DNA of 51,918 nucleotides from an uncultured Thermoplasmata archaeon (GTDB lineage Archaea; Thermoplasmatota; Thermoplasmata; WALJ01), in assembly GCA_964475625.1 (NCBI GenBank), contig CAYYXK010000004.1:1-51918 (forward strand), given 5' to 3'. Position 1 is the first letter of the stretch; every line of letters starts with the position of its first letter. The notes under the pieces are model-generated. The model searched no databases. It had not been told where the DNA came from and saw nothing but the letters and a program-made list of their open reading frames with translations. Position numbers and translations under genes: made by a program. Positions 40,219 to 50,198 of the stretch are shown one piece after another.

Positions 40219-41661
40219 ATGACAGGCTCATCGGATATGTGGAAGCGCTCCCGGAAGATTGCGGAGCGAATAAAGAAGGAAAATGACTTCCTGATAGTCA
40301 CGCACATAGATGCGGATGGAATAACCGCCGGAAGCATAGCTGCCGAGACACTTCGGAATCTGGGAAAGGACTTCGAGATACGATTCCTGAAGCAGCTCGA
40401 CCCTCTTACGGTGCAGAGCCTGAAGGAGGACGGGAGATTGCTGTGGTTCACGGACCTTGGTTCAGGGTCCGCGAACATGATAGGCGATGCCATCATCACC
40501 GACCACCATGAGCCTGTCCTCGAGGTTCCGAAGGAGAAGAGAGGTGACATTCTTGCATATGCCGATGCAGTCGGAAAGGCCACCGAGTACCACCTGAATC
40601 CCCACCTCTTCGGATACAACGGCTCCACGGATTTAAGCGGTGCAGGGGCGGCATTCATGGTCGCATATTCCGTCTCGAAGAAGAACGCGTACCTCTCGGC
40701 CCTTGCGATAGTCGGAGCGGTGGGAGACATGCAGGCCCTGAAGACCGGCAGGCTGGAGGGACTGAACCGGGAGATTCTTGACATCGGAAAGAAGGCCGGA
40801 GTTCTCGAATGGAAGATGGACATATCCCTCTATGGCCGTGAAACAAGGGAGATACACCGAATGCTCCACTACGCCAGCGAGCCGCCCTTTCCGGGCATAA
40901 GTGGGGACGAAGAGGCTGCCATAGCCTTCCTGCTTGAAATAGGCATAGACCTGAAGGACGACAGAGGGGAATGGCGGAGATGGACAGACCTTGCCGACTG
41001 GGAGCGAAAGCGCGTGATAAACTCGCTCATCAATCTCATGCTTGACTCGGGCTACGATGCGAAGGAGGTACGGAGCCTTATATCCGAAGTGTATTTGCTC
41101 ACGAAAGAGGAAGAGGGAACGGTGCTCCACGATGCCAAGGAGTTCTCCACCCTTCTGAACTCATGCGGAAGGTATGGTTTCGGAGACATAGGCTACCGGG
41201 TCTGCGCCGGGGACCGGGGTGAATATTTCGAAAAAGCGATGAGCCTTCTTCAAGGTCATCGGAAGATGCTCGTGGAGATGCTGGGTTTCATCAAGGACGG
41301 AGGTATAAGGGAGTATGGGAGCATACAGTACTTCCACGGCGGCGATTCCATACCCGAGGAGATAACCGGAACCCTGGCGGGGATGACCCTCTCCTCAGGA
41401 ATGGCAAGGAACGATATGCCTATTTTCGCATTTACCACGAAAGATGACGGGAACATCAAGGTATCCGGAAGGGCCACTCAGTCAATGGTCAATAAAGGGC
41501 TTCGCCTCGATGAGATAATGAACAGGGCATCGGAAAGACTTGGCGGTGCGGGCGGAGGCCATGATATTGCGGCAGGTGCGACGATTCCGCAGGGCTCCGA
41601 GGATGCTTTTTTGAAGATTGCCGATGAGATGGTAAGGAAGCAGATGAAGAAGACAAATTAA
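40219..41661 (+). CDS. Archaeal RecJ-like DHH/DHHA1 phosphoesterase
   Basis: HIDADG, TDLGSG, DHH, GAVGD, LLNSCGR, SGR, GGGHDIAAGA. Confidence 0.9.
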   Translation: MTGSSDMWKRSRKIAERIKKENDFLIVTHIDADGITAGSIAAETLRNLGKDFEIRFLKQLDPLTVQSLKEDGRLLWFTDLGSGSANMIGDAIITDHHEPVLEVPKEKRGDILAYADAVGKATEYHLNPHLFGYNGSTDLSGAGAAFMVAYSVSKKNAYLSALAIVGAVGDMQALKTGRLEGLNREILDIGKKAGVLEWKMDISLYGRETREIHRMLHYASEPPFPGISGDEEAAIAFLLEIGIDLKDDRGEWRRWTDLADWERKRVINSLINLMLDSGYDAKEVRSLISEVYLLTKEEEGTVLHDAKEFSTLLNSCGRYGFGDIGYRVCAGDRGEYFEKAMSLLQGHRKMLVEMLGFIKDGGIREYGSIQYFHGGDSIPEEITGTLAGMTLSSGMARNDMPIFAFTTKDDGNIKVSGRATQSMVNKGLRLDEIMNRASERLGGAGGGHDIAAGATIPQGSEDAFLKIADEMVRKQMKKTN

Positions 41662-41720
41662 AACAAAAAACCCATATACCATGAGGCAATATAGCTGGCT
41701 GAAGAAAGAGAGTTGGTAAG

Positions 41721-42293
41721 ATGCCAAAAGCACTTAAGGTCGGTATAACAGGGCTCCCACAGGCGGGGAAGACCGACATTCTACTGAGGGTAATCGGTAT
41801 GCTCGAGAGCGAGGGCCTGAAGGTCGGCGGAATGATAACCGAGGCCATATTCGAAGGCGGTAAAAGGGTCGGGTTCAATATAATGGACTGGGAGACCAAG
41901 GAGAAGGCTCTGATGGCACATAAGGACATAGAAACGGAAACAAGCCGGATGCGGGTTGAGGATTACGGCGTCGATGTCGAGGCGATAGACCGCATAGGTG
42001 TGCCGGCAATAATGAAGGCGATAGAGAATGCGGATGTAATAGTAATAGACGAGATAGGCCGCATGGAAGTATTGAGCCACGAATTTGTAAAGGCCGTAAA
42101 AGAGACATTCGATATGGATAAACCGCTTATAATCACTCTGCACAAGAAATCAAGGAACCCATTGCTTCAGGACATAAGGAGAAGGGATGATGTGCGCATA
42201 CTCGAAGTCACTCCGATAAACCAGAGCATACTACCTTACAAGATTGTGAAACTCGTAAAGGAAGAAATCGAGAATCTGGGGACACTTCAATAA
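41721..42293 (+). CDS. Nucleoside-triphosphatase (THEP1/COG1618 NTPase)
   Basis: ITGLPQAGKT, GGMIT, VIVIDEIGRME. Confidence 0.9.
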   Translation: MPKALKVGITGLPQAGKTDILLRVIGMLESEGLKVGGMITEAIFEGGKRVGFNIMDWETKEKALMAHKDIETETSRMRVEDYGVDVEAIDRIGVPAIMKAIENADVIVIDEIGRMEVLSHEFVKAVKETFDMDKPLIITLHKKSRNPLLQDIRRRDDVRILEVTPINQSILPYKIVKLVKEEIENLGTLQ

Positions 42294-42310
42294 TAGAATG
42301 GAAAAAGGTT

Positions 42311-42838
42311 TCATCTCTTAAGTTTTTTAACGATTTCCTCTGCCAGATAGATGAAAGCCTCATCCACATGGTCGCCGGTCTTGGCACTCGTCATAAAGTA
42401 TTTTCCGTTGTTCATGTCGGCCAGCTGTTTGAGTTCCTCCTCTCCGAACTGAGCACCGTCTTTCAGGTCCCATTTGTTTCCCAAAAAGACCACGGGTATG
42501 TCTTTTTCAACCACGGATTTTATCGTACCGACCCAGTCAGGCATCGCGTCAAGAGTTTCTCTGCGGGTTATATCCGTGACCGCTATCACCGCATTAGCAC
42601 CGTAGAAATAGGATTCCTTCAGCATCTGTCTGAAACTGGGCTGTCCCATTATATCCCAGACCATGAGAACAACACCGGTCCCATCCTCAAGTTTGACCTC
42701 CTTCTTGCTGACTTTGGTACCGATGGTAGTTAGGTATTTATCATCGAACTTGTCCATTACGAACCTGCGTATCAGAGAAGTCTTTCCGACTGCTGGCTCC
42801 CCGACAAGGCATATTTTCATCTTATATTCCTTTGGCAT
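42311..42838 (-). CDS. Rab/Ras-like small GTPase
   Basis: G1 GEPAVGKTS, G2 TIG, G3 WDIMGQ, G4 NKWD, G5 SAK; stand-alone 175 aa. Confidence 0.92.
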   Translation of the reverse strand: MPKEYKMKICLVGEPAVGKTSLIRRFVMDKFDDKYLTTIGTKVSKKEVKLEDGTGVVLMVWDIMGQPSFRQMLKESYFYGANAVIAVTDITRRETLDAMPDWVGTIKSVVEKDIPVVFLGNKWDLKDGAQFGEEELKQLADMNNGKYFMTSAKTGDHVDEAFIYLAEEIVKKLKR

Positions 42839-42962
42839 TTTCTTTCCTCCATCGTGAGATAATCCTAAAGGAACATAGCTCTGAACTATTTAAAATTAAC
42901 CGATACTAGGCCGGAATTCTCCATGCCAAAACCTTTATTCACTCCCGATTTTTCCCATTTCC

Positions 42963-43478
42963 ATGAGGCCGAAGATAGATGATTCATGCTTTGTGGCTCC
43001 CAACGCCACCATAATCGGAGATGTCGAGATAGACGAAGGATGCGGAGTATGGTACGGTGCGGTCATCCGTGCCGACCTGAACCCGGTGCGCATCGGAAAG
43101 GGAAGCAATGTGCAGGACAACTGCGTCATACACGTGAGCGCCGAGAACCCCGTCGAGATAGGAGAGAACGTATCCGTCGGGCATCTTGCGATGGTGCACG
43201 GTGCCAAGATAGGGAATAATGTGATAATCGGGATAAACGCAACTGTTCTGGACGGTGCCGAGATTGGCGACAACTGTATAATCGGGGCCAACGCGCTGGT
43301 TACTTCGGGAATGAAGGTGCCGCCGAACAGCCTTGTCCTGGGAGTCCCCGGAAGGGTCGTCAAAACCGATGAGAGCGGTGAGAACTTTAAAGATGCATGT
43401 ATAAAGAATGCCACCACATACCACAGACTGAGGGACGAGCACAGGGAAGGAAAGCACGACTTATGGACGAAAGATTAA
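42963..43478 (+). CDS. Gamma-carbonic anhydrase-like (hexapeptide repeat) protein
   Basis: IIGDV, SNVQDNCVIH, VGH...HG, LGVPGRV. Confidence 0.9.
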   Translation: MRPKIDDSCFVAPNATIIGDVEIDEGCGVWYGAVIRADLNPVRIGKGSNVQDNCVIHVSAENPVEIGENVSVGHLAMVHGAKIGNNVIIGINATVLDGAEIGDNCIIGANALVTSGMKVPPNSLVLGVPGRVVKTDESGENFKDACIKNATTYHRLRDEHREGKHDLWTKD

Positions 43479-43511
43479 ATATGGCAGAGAGATGGAGAAA
43501 AGGTGAGTATC

Positions 43512-44582
43512 ATGCATAAGAGATTGTTCATACCCGGACCGACGGAGGTGGACCATGAGGTCCTCATGCAGCAGGCAAAGCCGATGATAGGACACAGGAT
43601 GGCCGAATATACCGAACTTTACACCGGCATAATAGATAAGCTGGGAAAGTACTTCAAGACCGAGCGGAACATAACCGTTCTCACATCGTCAGGCACACTT
43701 TGGATGGACATAACCGCCCGCAATCTCGTGGGAAAAAAGGCCCTTTCGGTGGTGAACGGCGCATTCTCAAAAAGGATGTTCCAGACGATAAAGGACTGCG
43801 GAAAGGAGGCCGATATGCTCAGCCTCGAATGGGGAAAGGCGGCAAAGCCGGAAATTGTCCTCAAGGCCATAGAACAGGGCGATTATGATGTCGTGACCCT
43901 CGCGCAGAACGAGACATCCACGGGTGTGCGCAGCCCTGCGGACGAGATAGGAAAGGCCATAAAGAAGGAGTATCCGGACATCATGTATGTGGTGGATGCA
44001 GTATCTTCGGCAGGCGGTGACCTTCTTCTGCCGGATGAGATGCACACGGACATAATGTTCTTCAGCTCTCAGAAAGCGCTCGCCCTCCCCCCGGGACTTT
44101 CGATAGGCATCGTATCCGATGCTGCCATAGAGAAGGCGAGGGAGATACCGGGCAGGGGGCATTATACCAGTCTTCCCGCGATATTCGACTACTATGCGAA
44201 GAAGAAGCAGAATCCGGCAACCCCCAATGTTTCCCTGATGTACGCGCTCTCCTACCAGCTTGACAGGATGCTGAAGGAAACGCCCGAGGGAAGGTACGAG
44301 AGGCACAGGGCAATGGCGGAGATGGTGCGTGAGTGGGCGAATAAGCACTTCGAGATGTTCCCTGAGCAGCGCTACGAATCGGTAACTGTCTCCACGATAC
44401 GCAACACACAGGGAAAGAGCGTCGCGGACCTGAACAAGGCTCTGGCGGAGCGCAACATGGCGATCTCCAACGGCTACGGCGACCTTAAAGAGAAGACATT
44501 CAGGATAGCCCACATGGGCGAGCTGACACCCGCGGACATAAAGGAAGTGCTCTGGCACATAGATGATATCTGGGAACTGTGA
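43512..44582 (+). CDS. Class V PLP-dependent aminotransferase (Ser/Ala-glyoxylate or phosphoserine type)
   Basis: LFIPGPT, GHR, NETSTGV, VDAVSS, SQKALALPPG, FRIAHMG. Confidence 0.9.
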   Translation: MHKRLFIPGPTEVDHEVLMQQAKPMIGHRMAEYTELYTGIIDKLGKYFKTERNITVLTSSGTLWMDITARNLVGKKALSVVNGAFSKRMFQTIKDCGKEADMLSLEWGKAAKPEIVLKAIEQGDYDVVTLAQNETSTGVRSPADEIGKAIKKEYPDIMYVVDAVSSAGGDLLLPDEMHTDIMFFSSQKALALPPGLSIGIVSDAAIEKAREIPGRGHYTSLPAIFDYYAKKKQNPATPNVSLMYALSYQLDRMLKETPEGRYERHRAMAEMVREWANKHFEMFPEQRYESVTVSTIRNTQGKSVADLNKALAERNMAISNGYGDLKEKTFRIAHMGELTPADIKEVLWHIDDIWEL

Positions 44583-44591
44583 GGTGCATAC

Positions 44592-45854
44592 ATGGTTGAG
44601 ATAAGGCCTTTCAGAGCCATAAGATACACGGACAGAGCCGGAGATATGGAGAATCTGATAACCCAGCCCTATGACAAGATAGATTCTGAGATGCAGGAAA
44701 AATACTATTCGAAGAGCGAGTACAACTACTGCCGCCTGGTACTTCCGAAGGAGGAGAACAGGTACGAGGTGGCAGCGAAGAGAGTGAAGGATTGGATGGA
44801 ATCGGGCATACTGTCGAAGGACGGTGAGCCCGCGCTCTACATTTACTTTCAGGATTTCGAGGTTCTCGGAAACAGATACACCAGAAAAGGCTTCATCTCG
44901 GCGGTGGCCCTCCACCCGTTCAAGGAGAAGATAGTGCTTCCCCACGAGAAGACCCACAAAGGGCCGAAGATAGACCGCCTCAACATGCTGAGGGTAACGA
45001 AGAAGAACCTTGAAGCCGGTTTCATGCTCTATCCCGATGAGGAGAAAAGAACCATCCCGATACTGGAAAAGGCCGCAAAAGATGAGCCTCTCATCGATGT
45101 CACGGACGAATACGGCGTCCGCAACCGAATATGGGCCCTCACCGACCTCGATGATATAAAGGCGATTCAGGATGTCATCGCACCGGAACAGGTCGTAATA
45201 GCCGACGGCCACCACCGGTACGAGACAGCCGTGACATTCAGGGATGAGATGAGGAATAACGGATACGAGGGGAACGAGGCCTTCAACTTCCGCATGACCC
45301 TCATGGTGCCGATACAGGACGAGGGGCTTGTGGTACTCCCGACACACAGGCTGCTTCTTAAACAGGGTCTCACGGATGCCAATCTCAGAGAGCTTTCCAA
45401 GTATTTTGAGGTGTCAGAGATAGAGCGGGACGAGGTCGAGACATTTTTGGAAGCCTTTGCAGAGGAGAAGGCATTCGTGGCCTACGACGGGAAACATTTC
45501 TACGGAATGGCGCTCCTCGAACCGGAGAGAATAGAGCGGTTCTTCAAACCGGAATACAGCAATGAATACAGGAATCTGGATGTCGTCATACTCAGGGATG
45601 TCATATTCGAGGGAATAATGGGTGCGAAGGGTCTGAAGATAGACGAGAGTATCGCATACGAGAGATGGATCGATGATGCCATAGCAAGGGTTGACTCCGG
45701 CGGGGCAAAGGCCGCATTCCTGATGAACGCAACCGGAGCGCACGAGGTTCTGGCAGTGGCAAAGAACGGAGAAAGGATGCCTGAGAAAAGCACCGACTTC
45801 TACCCGAAGATGGTATCCGGAACCGGAATGATGGACCTTACGGACCGACTTTAA
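44592..45854 (+). CDS. DUF1015 family protein
   Basis: IRPFRA, PYD, LPHEKT, IADGHHRYETA, MPEKSTDFYPK. Confidence 0.9.
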   Translation: MVEIRPFRAIRYTDRAGDMENLITQPYDKIDSEMQEKYYSKSEYNYCRLVLPKEENRYEVAAKRVKDWMESGILSKDGEPALYIYFQDFEVLGNRYTRKGFISAVALHPFKEKIVLPHEKTHKGPKIDRLNMLRVTKKNLEAGFMLYPDEEKRTIPILEKAAKDEPLIDVTDEYGVRNRIWALTDLDDIKAIQDVIAPEQVVIADGHHRYETAVTFRDEMRNNGYEGNEAFNFRMTLMVPIQDEGLVVLPTHRLLLKQGLTDANLRELSKYFEVSEIERDEVETFLEAFAEEKAFVAYDGKHFYGMALLEPERIERFFKPEYSNEYRNLDVVILRDVIFEGIMGAKGLKIDESIAYERWIDDAIARVDSGGAKAAFLMNATGAHEVLAVAKNGERMPEKSTDFYPKMVSGTGMMDLTDRL

Positions 45855-45858
45855 CCGA

Positions 45859-46506
45859 TTACTCATTTCTTTTTTCTTTATCGGACAGATATCTCCACGC
45901 CCTGTGTGCTCTCTGGAGTGCCGTGAAGTGTCCGGCCACTGCGAACCATATCATCATAAGTTCCAGAAATGTCGTCTCATATCCTGCTATGACGGGCACG
46001 AATCCGTAGATCTCGGAGAAATACTGTATGAGAGAGAATAGCATCAGAAGGACGAGTCGGTCGGCTCTTCCGAGTATGCCTCCGTAATCCCGCCCCGCTC
46101 CGACGGCATGAGCCTGTGTTCCCATATAGCTTGCGAATATGACGCCCATCATGGCTATCACTCCGATTCCAAGGTTGCAGTACACGGAAAACGCTATACC
46201 TCCGAGCATGAACATATCCGCATAACGGTCGAGGACATGATCCAGGAAATCCCCTCTTGCAGATGCAATGCCTTTCAGTTTCGCAATCTTACCGTCCATA
46301 GCATCGAAAAATGCATTCAGGAGGACAAAGAGGAATGCGAGAAAAAGATAGTTGTGACTCACACCTGCCATGAAGAAAAGGAATCCCGCCACCATGGAGG
46401 ATATGAATGCGAACCATGTCAGAGTATCGGGGTGAAAGTACAGGAACGGCTTTGAAAGCGGAATAAGCACCCTGTCCGCCTGCTTCCTGTATTTGTTCAG
46501 TACCAT
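45859..46506 (-). CDS. CDP-alcohol phosphatidyltransferase (archaetidyl lipid head-group synthesis)
   Basis: DAMDGKIA...GDFLDHVLDRYAD signature; multi-TM. Confidence 0.92.
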   Translation of the reverse strand: MVLNKYRKQADRVLIPLSKPFLYFHPDTLTWFAFISSMVAGFLFFMAGVSHNYLFLAFLFVLLNAFFDAMDGKIAKLKGIASARGDFLDHVLDRYADMFMLGGIAFSVYCNLGIGVIAMMGVIFASYMGTQAHAVGAGRDYGGILGRADRLVLLMLFSLIQYFSEIYGFVPVIAGYETTFLELMMIWFAVAGHFTALQRAHRAWRYLSDKEKRNE

Positions 46507-47012
46507 TCCATTATCACCTCGCTCCAGTCTATCTTACCTGGTTCGTATCCCTCCGCATTTCCCGAAAGGATGTCGAATATGGAAGCGACAACATCGTCAA
46601 TGCTTTTTTCCGTGGTGTCTATCTCATATATCGGTTTTCCCGTTTCAAGAGCCTCTTCCAGTATTATATCTATGGCCTCCGCCTCAAGATTTTCCATTAT
46701 TTTCTCCTCGCCATACCCCCTTGGCATCAACCGTTCCATAAGCACTTTGGGGTGGCATCTCAATATTATTATGACATCAGGCTCCAGAAGATGGGACAGG
46801 TGGCCTTCGATTATATGGTCGCCTTCTTCCATCTGAAGGTCCAGCTTCATTTTAAGGCAGTCCGTGTCCACGATTATCTCGTTACTCTCTCTTTCCGCAC
46901 ATCCTTTGTCAAGAGCCAGTTCTCTCACGGAATAAACTGCGTAGACATCCGAAAGCAGCCTTGCCGCGCTGGTTTTTCCGGTTCCCGGAGTACCTGTCAG
47001 AGCGATGCGCAT
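46497..47012 (-). CDS. Adenylate kinase, AK6/Fap7 type
   Basis: ALTGTPGTGKT, EGHLSH, ILRC.P, RGY..EK..EN.EAE; start at MRIAL (47012). Confidence 0.9.
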   Translation of the reverse strand: MRIALTGTPGTGKTSAARLLSDVYAVYSVRELALDKGCAERESNEIIVDTDCLKMKLDLQMEEGDHIIEGHLSHLLEPDVIIILRCHPKVLMERLMPRGYGEEKIMENLEAEAIDIILEEALETGKPIYEIDTTEKSIDDVVASIFDILSGNAEGYEPGKIDWSEVIMEWY

Positions 47013-47043
47013 AAAAAAGAGAATGGAAAATGGGATTAAAAGG

Positions 47044-48483
47044 TTACTGGTTCTTCTGGAAGAACACACTGTATGCCCGATATGCGGACCAGACATCGGC
47101 TTTGCTCGATATCTCCATAGGTGAGTGCATCGAAAGAAGTCCGGGCCCGCAGTCCACCACATCCATGTTCCTTTCCGCCATGAACTTGGCGATGGTCCCT
47201 CCGCCGCCTTCGTCAACCCGTCCAAGCTCTCCGGGCTGCCAGAACACTCCGTTCTCGTCGAACAGCTTCATTATCTTCCCTATGAACTCGGCATGAGCAT
47301 CGTTGCTGGAGTATTTCCCGCCCGAACCGGTATATTTGGTCATAACTATGCCGTGGGATATTCGTGCGGCGTTCAGAGGCTCGTGCACCTGCTTGAAACT
47401 CGGGTCCATAACGGCATCGACATCCGCTGAAAGAACTTCGCTCTTTGTCATGGCCCTGTAAAGTTCACGAGGAGTGAAGTTCTTGTTCGTAAGTGCTATT
47501 AGTTCAGTATATAGGTATTCCAGAAACATGGACTTCGAACCGGTGTTCGTCTCACTGCCTATCTCTTCCTTGTCCATCAGAAGGGCTATCGCCGTCTTTT
47601 CGGGATTTTTCGTTTCCAGTATGGCCTTGAGTGTGGTATATGAGCATACCCTGTCATCCTGACCGTATGCCGCTATCAGGCCCTTGTCCAGACCCACATC
47701 TCGCGGTTTGCTGGCGGGAACAAGTTCGAGATCGGCGCTCACCAGGTCCTCTTCCACCATCCCGTACTTGTCGTTGAGCATCTTAAGGATGTTCAGTTTT
47801 ATCTGCTCCCCTTCTTCATCGGCTTTCAGAGGCACGCTTCCTATGAGAAGGTTCATCTCTTCTCCTTCTATACCTTCGAAGAGTTTTCTGTTCCCCTGAA
47901 CTTTCCTTGCAAGATGCGGCAGAAGGTCCGGAAGCATTAGAACCGGGTCTTTTTCATCCTCTCCGATAACTATGTCAACGCTCTTTCCGTTTTTCATATA
48001 TACGGTTCCGTGCAGCGCAAGAGGAACATTCATCCACTGATACTTTTTTATGCCACCGTAGTAATGTGTCTTCAGGAGCGCAAGGTACGTTTCCTTGTCC
48101 TCATACAGAGGATGCGGTTTCAGGTCTATTCTGGGGGCATCGATGTGGGCAACCACTATGTTCGCACCATCTGTGATGTCCTTTTTCCCTAGGACGACGA
48201 GTGCCATGGATTTGTTCCTGTTTATGACATATATCCTTTCACCTTTCTTTCCTTTCGCTTTCTCAATAGGGACGAAGCCCGCCTTTTCAGCAATCTCTTT
48301 GGCCTTTTTCACGAATTCCCTCTCGGTCTTGACATCTCCGATGAATTCTTTGTACTCCTCGGAGAACTTGAAAATCTCTTTTTTCTGCTTTGAATCCGCC
48401 TCTTTCCAGATAAACTTCGTCTTATAAACGAGCTTGTCTTCAAGGCTATCCTTCTTTTTCTTCGCCTTCTTTTTTTCAGCCAT
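47044..48483 (-). CDS. M18 family aminopeptidase
   Basis: AHIDAP, THYYGGIKKYQW, GQDDR, DKEEIGS, GGGGTI, SMHSP. Confidence 0.92.
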   Translation of the reverse strand: MAEKKKAKKKKDSLEDKLVYKTKFIWKEADSKQKKEIFKFSEEYKEFIGDVKTEREFVKKAKEIAEKAGFVPIEKAKGKKGERIYVINRNKSMALVVLGKKDITDGANIVVAHIDAPRIDLKPHPLYEDKETYLALLKTHYYGGIKKYQWMNVPLALHGTVYMKNGKSVDIVIGEDEKDPVLMLPDLLPHLARKVQGNRKLFEGIEGEEMNLLIGSVPLKADEEGEQIKLNILKMLNDKYGMVEEDLVSADLELVPASKPRDVGLDKGLIAAYGQDDRVCSYTTLKAILETKNPEKTAIALLMDKEEIGSETNTGSKSMFLEYLYTELIALTNKNFTPRELYRAMTKSEVLSADVDAVMDPSFKQVHEPLNAARISHGIVMTKYTGSGGKYSSNDAHAEFIGKIMKLFDENGVFWQPGELGRVDEGGGGTIAKFMAERNMDVVDCGPGLLSMHSPMEISSKADVWSAYRAYSVFFQKNQ

Positions 48484-48512
48484 AACAATCACCTTGTCCC
48501 ACTCAATACGCT

Positions 48513-48971
48513 TTACTTTAAAACACTTTCGTCCAGATGCAACCGTTCGAGTCGGAGGAGACTCCTTTTTATGTCGATTCCCGAACTATATCCACTGATG
48601 CCCCCATCCGAGCTCACTATCCGGTGACACGGTATGATGATCGGTATCGGGTTTGCGCCAAGAGCATTTCCTGCGGAGCGAGGGCTCCCTCCCGCTATTC
48701 CCGCAACCCACGAATATGTCCTCGTTTCACCGTAAGGAATCTTCGATGCCGCATCCCAGACCCTTTTCTGATATTCGGTCCCTCTCGGACATACGGGCAC
48801 CGTGAACTTCTTTCTCTCTCCTTTGAGATATTCCGCAATCTCCTGTTCCGCATCCAGAAGAACCGGGGATTCATCCCGTTGCTCCGTCTCGCGGAATGAG
48901 AGCGATGTGATGCAGCCCTCATGCGATTCAAGAGTTATGATGCCCAGTACCGTTCGGAAGCTCAGCCTCAT
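48513..48971 (-). CDS. ogt: Methylated-DNA--protein-cysteine methyltransferase
   Basis: IPYGETRTY, NPIPIIIPCHRIV. Confidence 0.93.
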   Translation of the reverse strand: MRLSFRTVLGIITLESHEGCITSLSFRETEQRDESPVLLDAEQEIAEYLKGERKKFTVPVCPRGTEYQKRVWDAASKIPYGETRTYSWVAGIAGGSPRSAGNALGANPIPIIIPCHRIVSSDGGISGYSSGIDIKRSLLRLERLHLDESVLK

Positions 48972-50197
48972 TCGGCTCGCCTTTTCGTGGGGTTTTTGTT
49001 CTCCAGATTAAAGGACCACTTCAGCAACGGGGGCGTTACAAGTGTGGTAACCGTGACGAATATCATCGTGGCCGCAAGGAACATGGATGCGATATCTCCT
49101 TTAGGGTCTCCGAGAGCGCCCCGACCTATGGCGAGGGTCACTGCGGCAATGGCGACCTCCATACGAGGTATGGAAGCTATGCCCATCTGGAAGGATTCTA
49201 TCCAGTTAAAGCCACCTATCTTTGCGCCAAGGGCTCTTCCGGCGAGCTTTCCGACTATGGCGACTATGACGATCACAACCGCAAGTATTATCGCTCTTTT
49301 ATCAAGGAAAACCTTCAGGTCTATGAGAGTTCCGATATATACGAAGAATATCGGTATGAACAGCCCGTATGATATGGCCTTGACATCGTCCGCTATGGCT
49401 CTTGCCTGCGGTGTGCTTCCGATGATCATCCCCGCGAAGAAGGCACCTTCGAGCGCCACCCCCACGGTCCATTCTGCAAATGCGGAGAAAAGGAACATTA
49501 TTCCGAAAGAAAGGGCCAGTATGGCTTTTGCCGCTTTGACCCTGTCTATCCATTTCATAATTCTACCTATTATGATAAGTCCGATGACAAGTTCAAGGAC
49601 TATGAGGATGACTATGTTCAGAAGGACCATTCCTATGGCAAGGACGGATGTCGCACCGATCGCCACGATGACACATATTATTCCCAAGAAATCATCCATG
49701 ACCGAGGCCGAAAGAGAAGCGGTGCCAACATCGCTGGAAAGCACACCCAGGTCCATCATCGTCCTTGCCGTGACCCCTATGCTTGTCGCCGTAAGGAGCG
49801 CACCCATGACAAGACTTGCCTGTGGACTGAAACCCATCATTATTCCGGCGGCATATCCCATGGCAAGAGGCACGGCAACACCTACAACCGTGGATATGGT
49901 GGCCACCTTGCCCGTATGTTTCAGGGTGCTGATCTCTGTTTCGAGGCCGGAAACGAACAGAAGCATCAGCAGGCCGAAGTGGGCGAGATAATCAAAGGGA
50001 TAGTAGAATTCCGGAACATCATAGAACCATGTGCACTGCGGAAAGAATATGCCCACGAAGGAGGCTCCGAGCAGAACGCCAGTCAGTATCTCTCCGAGGA
50101 CACCCGGAAGCCTGTATCTTTCGAAAAGAGCTCCCATAAGTTTGGCTATTATGAGTGCCAGACCAATATACAATAGGATAATCGTATATATTTCCAT
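48968..50197 (-). CDS. Cation:proton antiporter (CPA2 family)
   Basis: P.VLGEILTG, GLET, ATSIGV, MDDFLG, GAFFAG, PIFFV, PRME. Confidence 0.9.
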   Translation of the reverse strand: MEIYTIILLYIGLALIIAKLMGALFERYRLPGVLGEILTGVLLGASFVGIFFPQCTWFYDVPEFYYPFDYLAHFGLLMLLFVSGLETEISTLKHTGKVATISTVVGVAVPLAMGYAAGIMMGFSPQASLVMGALLTATSIGVTARTMMDLGVLSSDVGTASLSASVMDDFLGIICVIVAIGATSVLAIGMVLLNIVILIVLELVIGLIIIGRIMKWIDRVKAAKAILALSFGIMFLFSAFAEWTVGVALEGAFFAGMIIGSTPQARAIADDVKAISYGLFIPIFFVYIGTLIDLKVFLDKRAIILAVVIVIVAIVGKLAGRALGAKIGGFNWIESFQMGIASIPRMEVAIAAVTLAIGRGALGDPKGDIASMFLAATMIFVTVTTLVTPPLLKWSFNLENKNPTKRRAE

Positions 50198-50198
50198 G

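Noticed and set aside
41662-41720. Possible C/D-box sRNA (ATGAGG...CTGA)
   Set aside because: C box is a poor match, there are no C'/D' boxes, and the region is better explained as the NTPase promoter.
43767-45347. 526-aa minus-strand ORF
   Set aside because: Antisense shadow of the aminotransferase and DUF1015 genes; no motifs.
48921-49991. 356-aa plus-strand ORF
   Set aside because: Antisense to the CPA2 antiporter; composition typical of a membrane-gene shadow.
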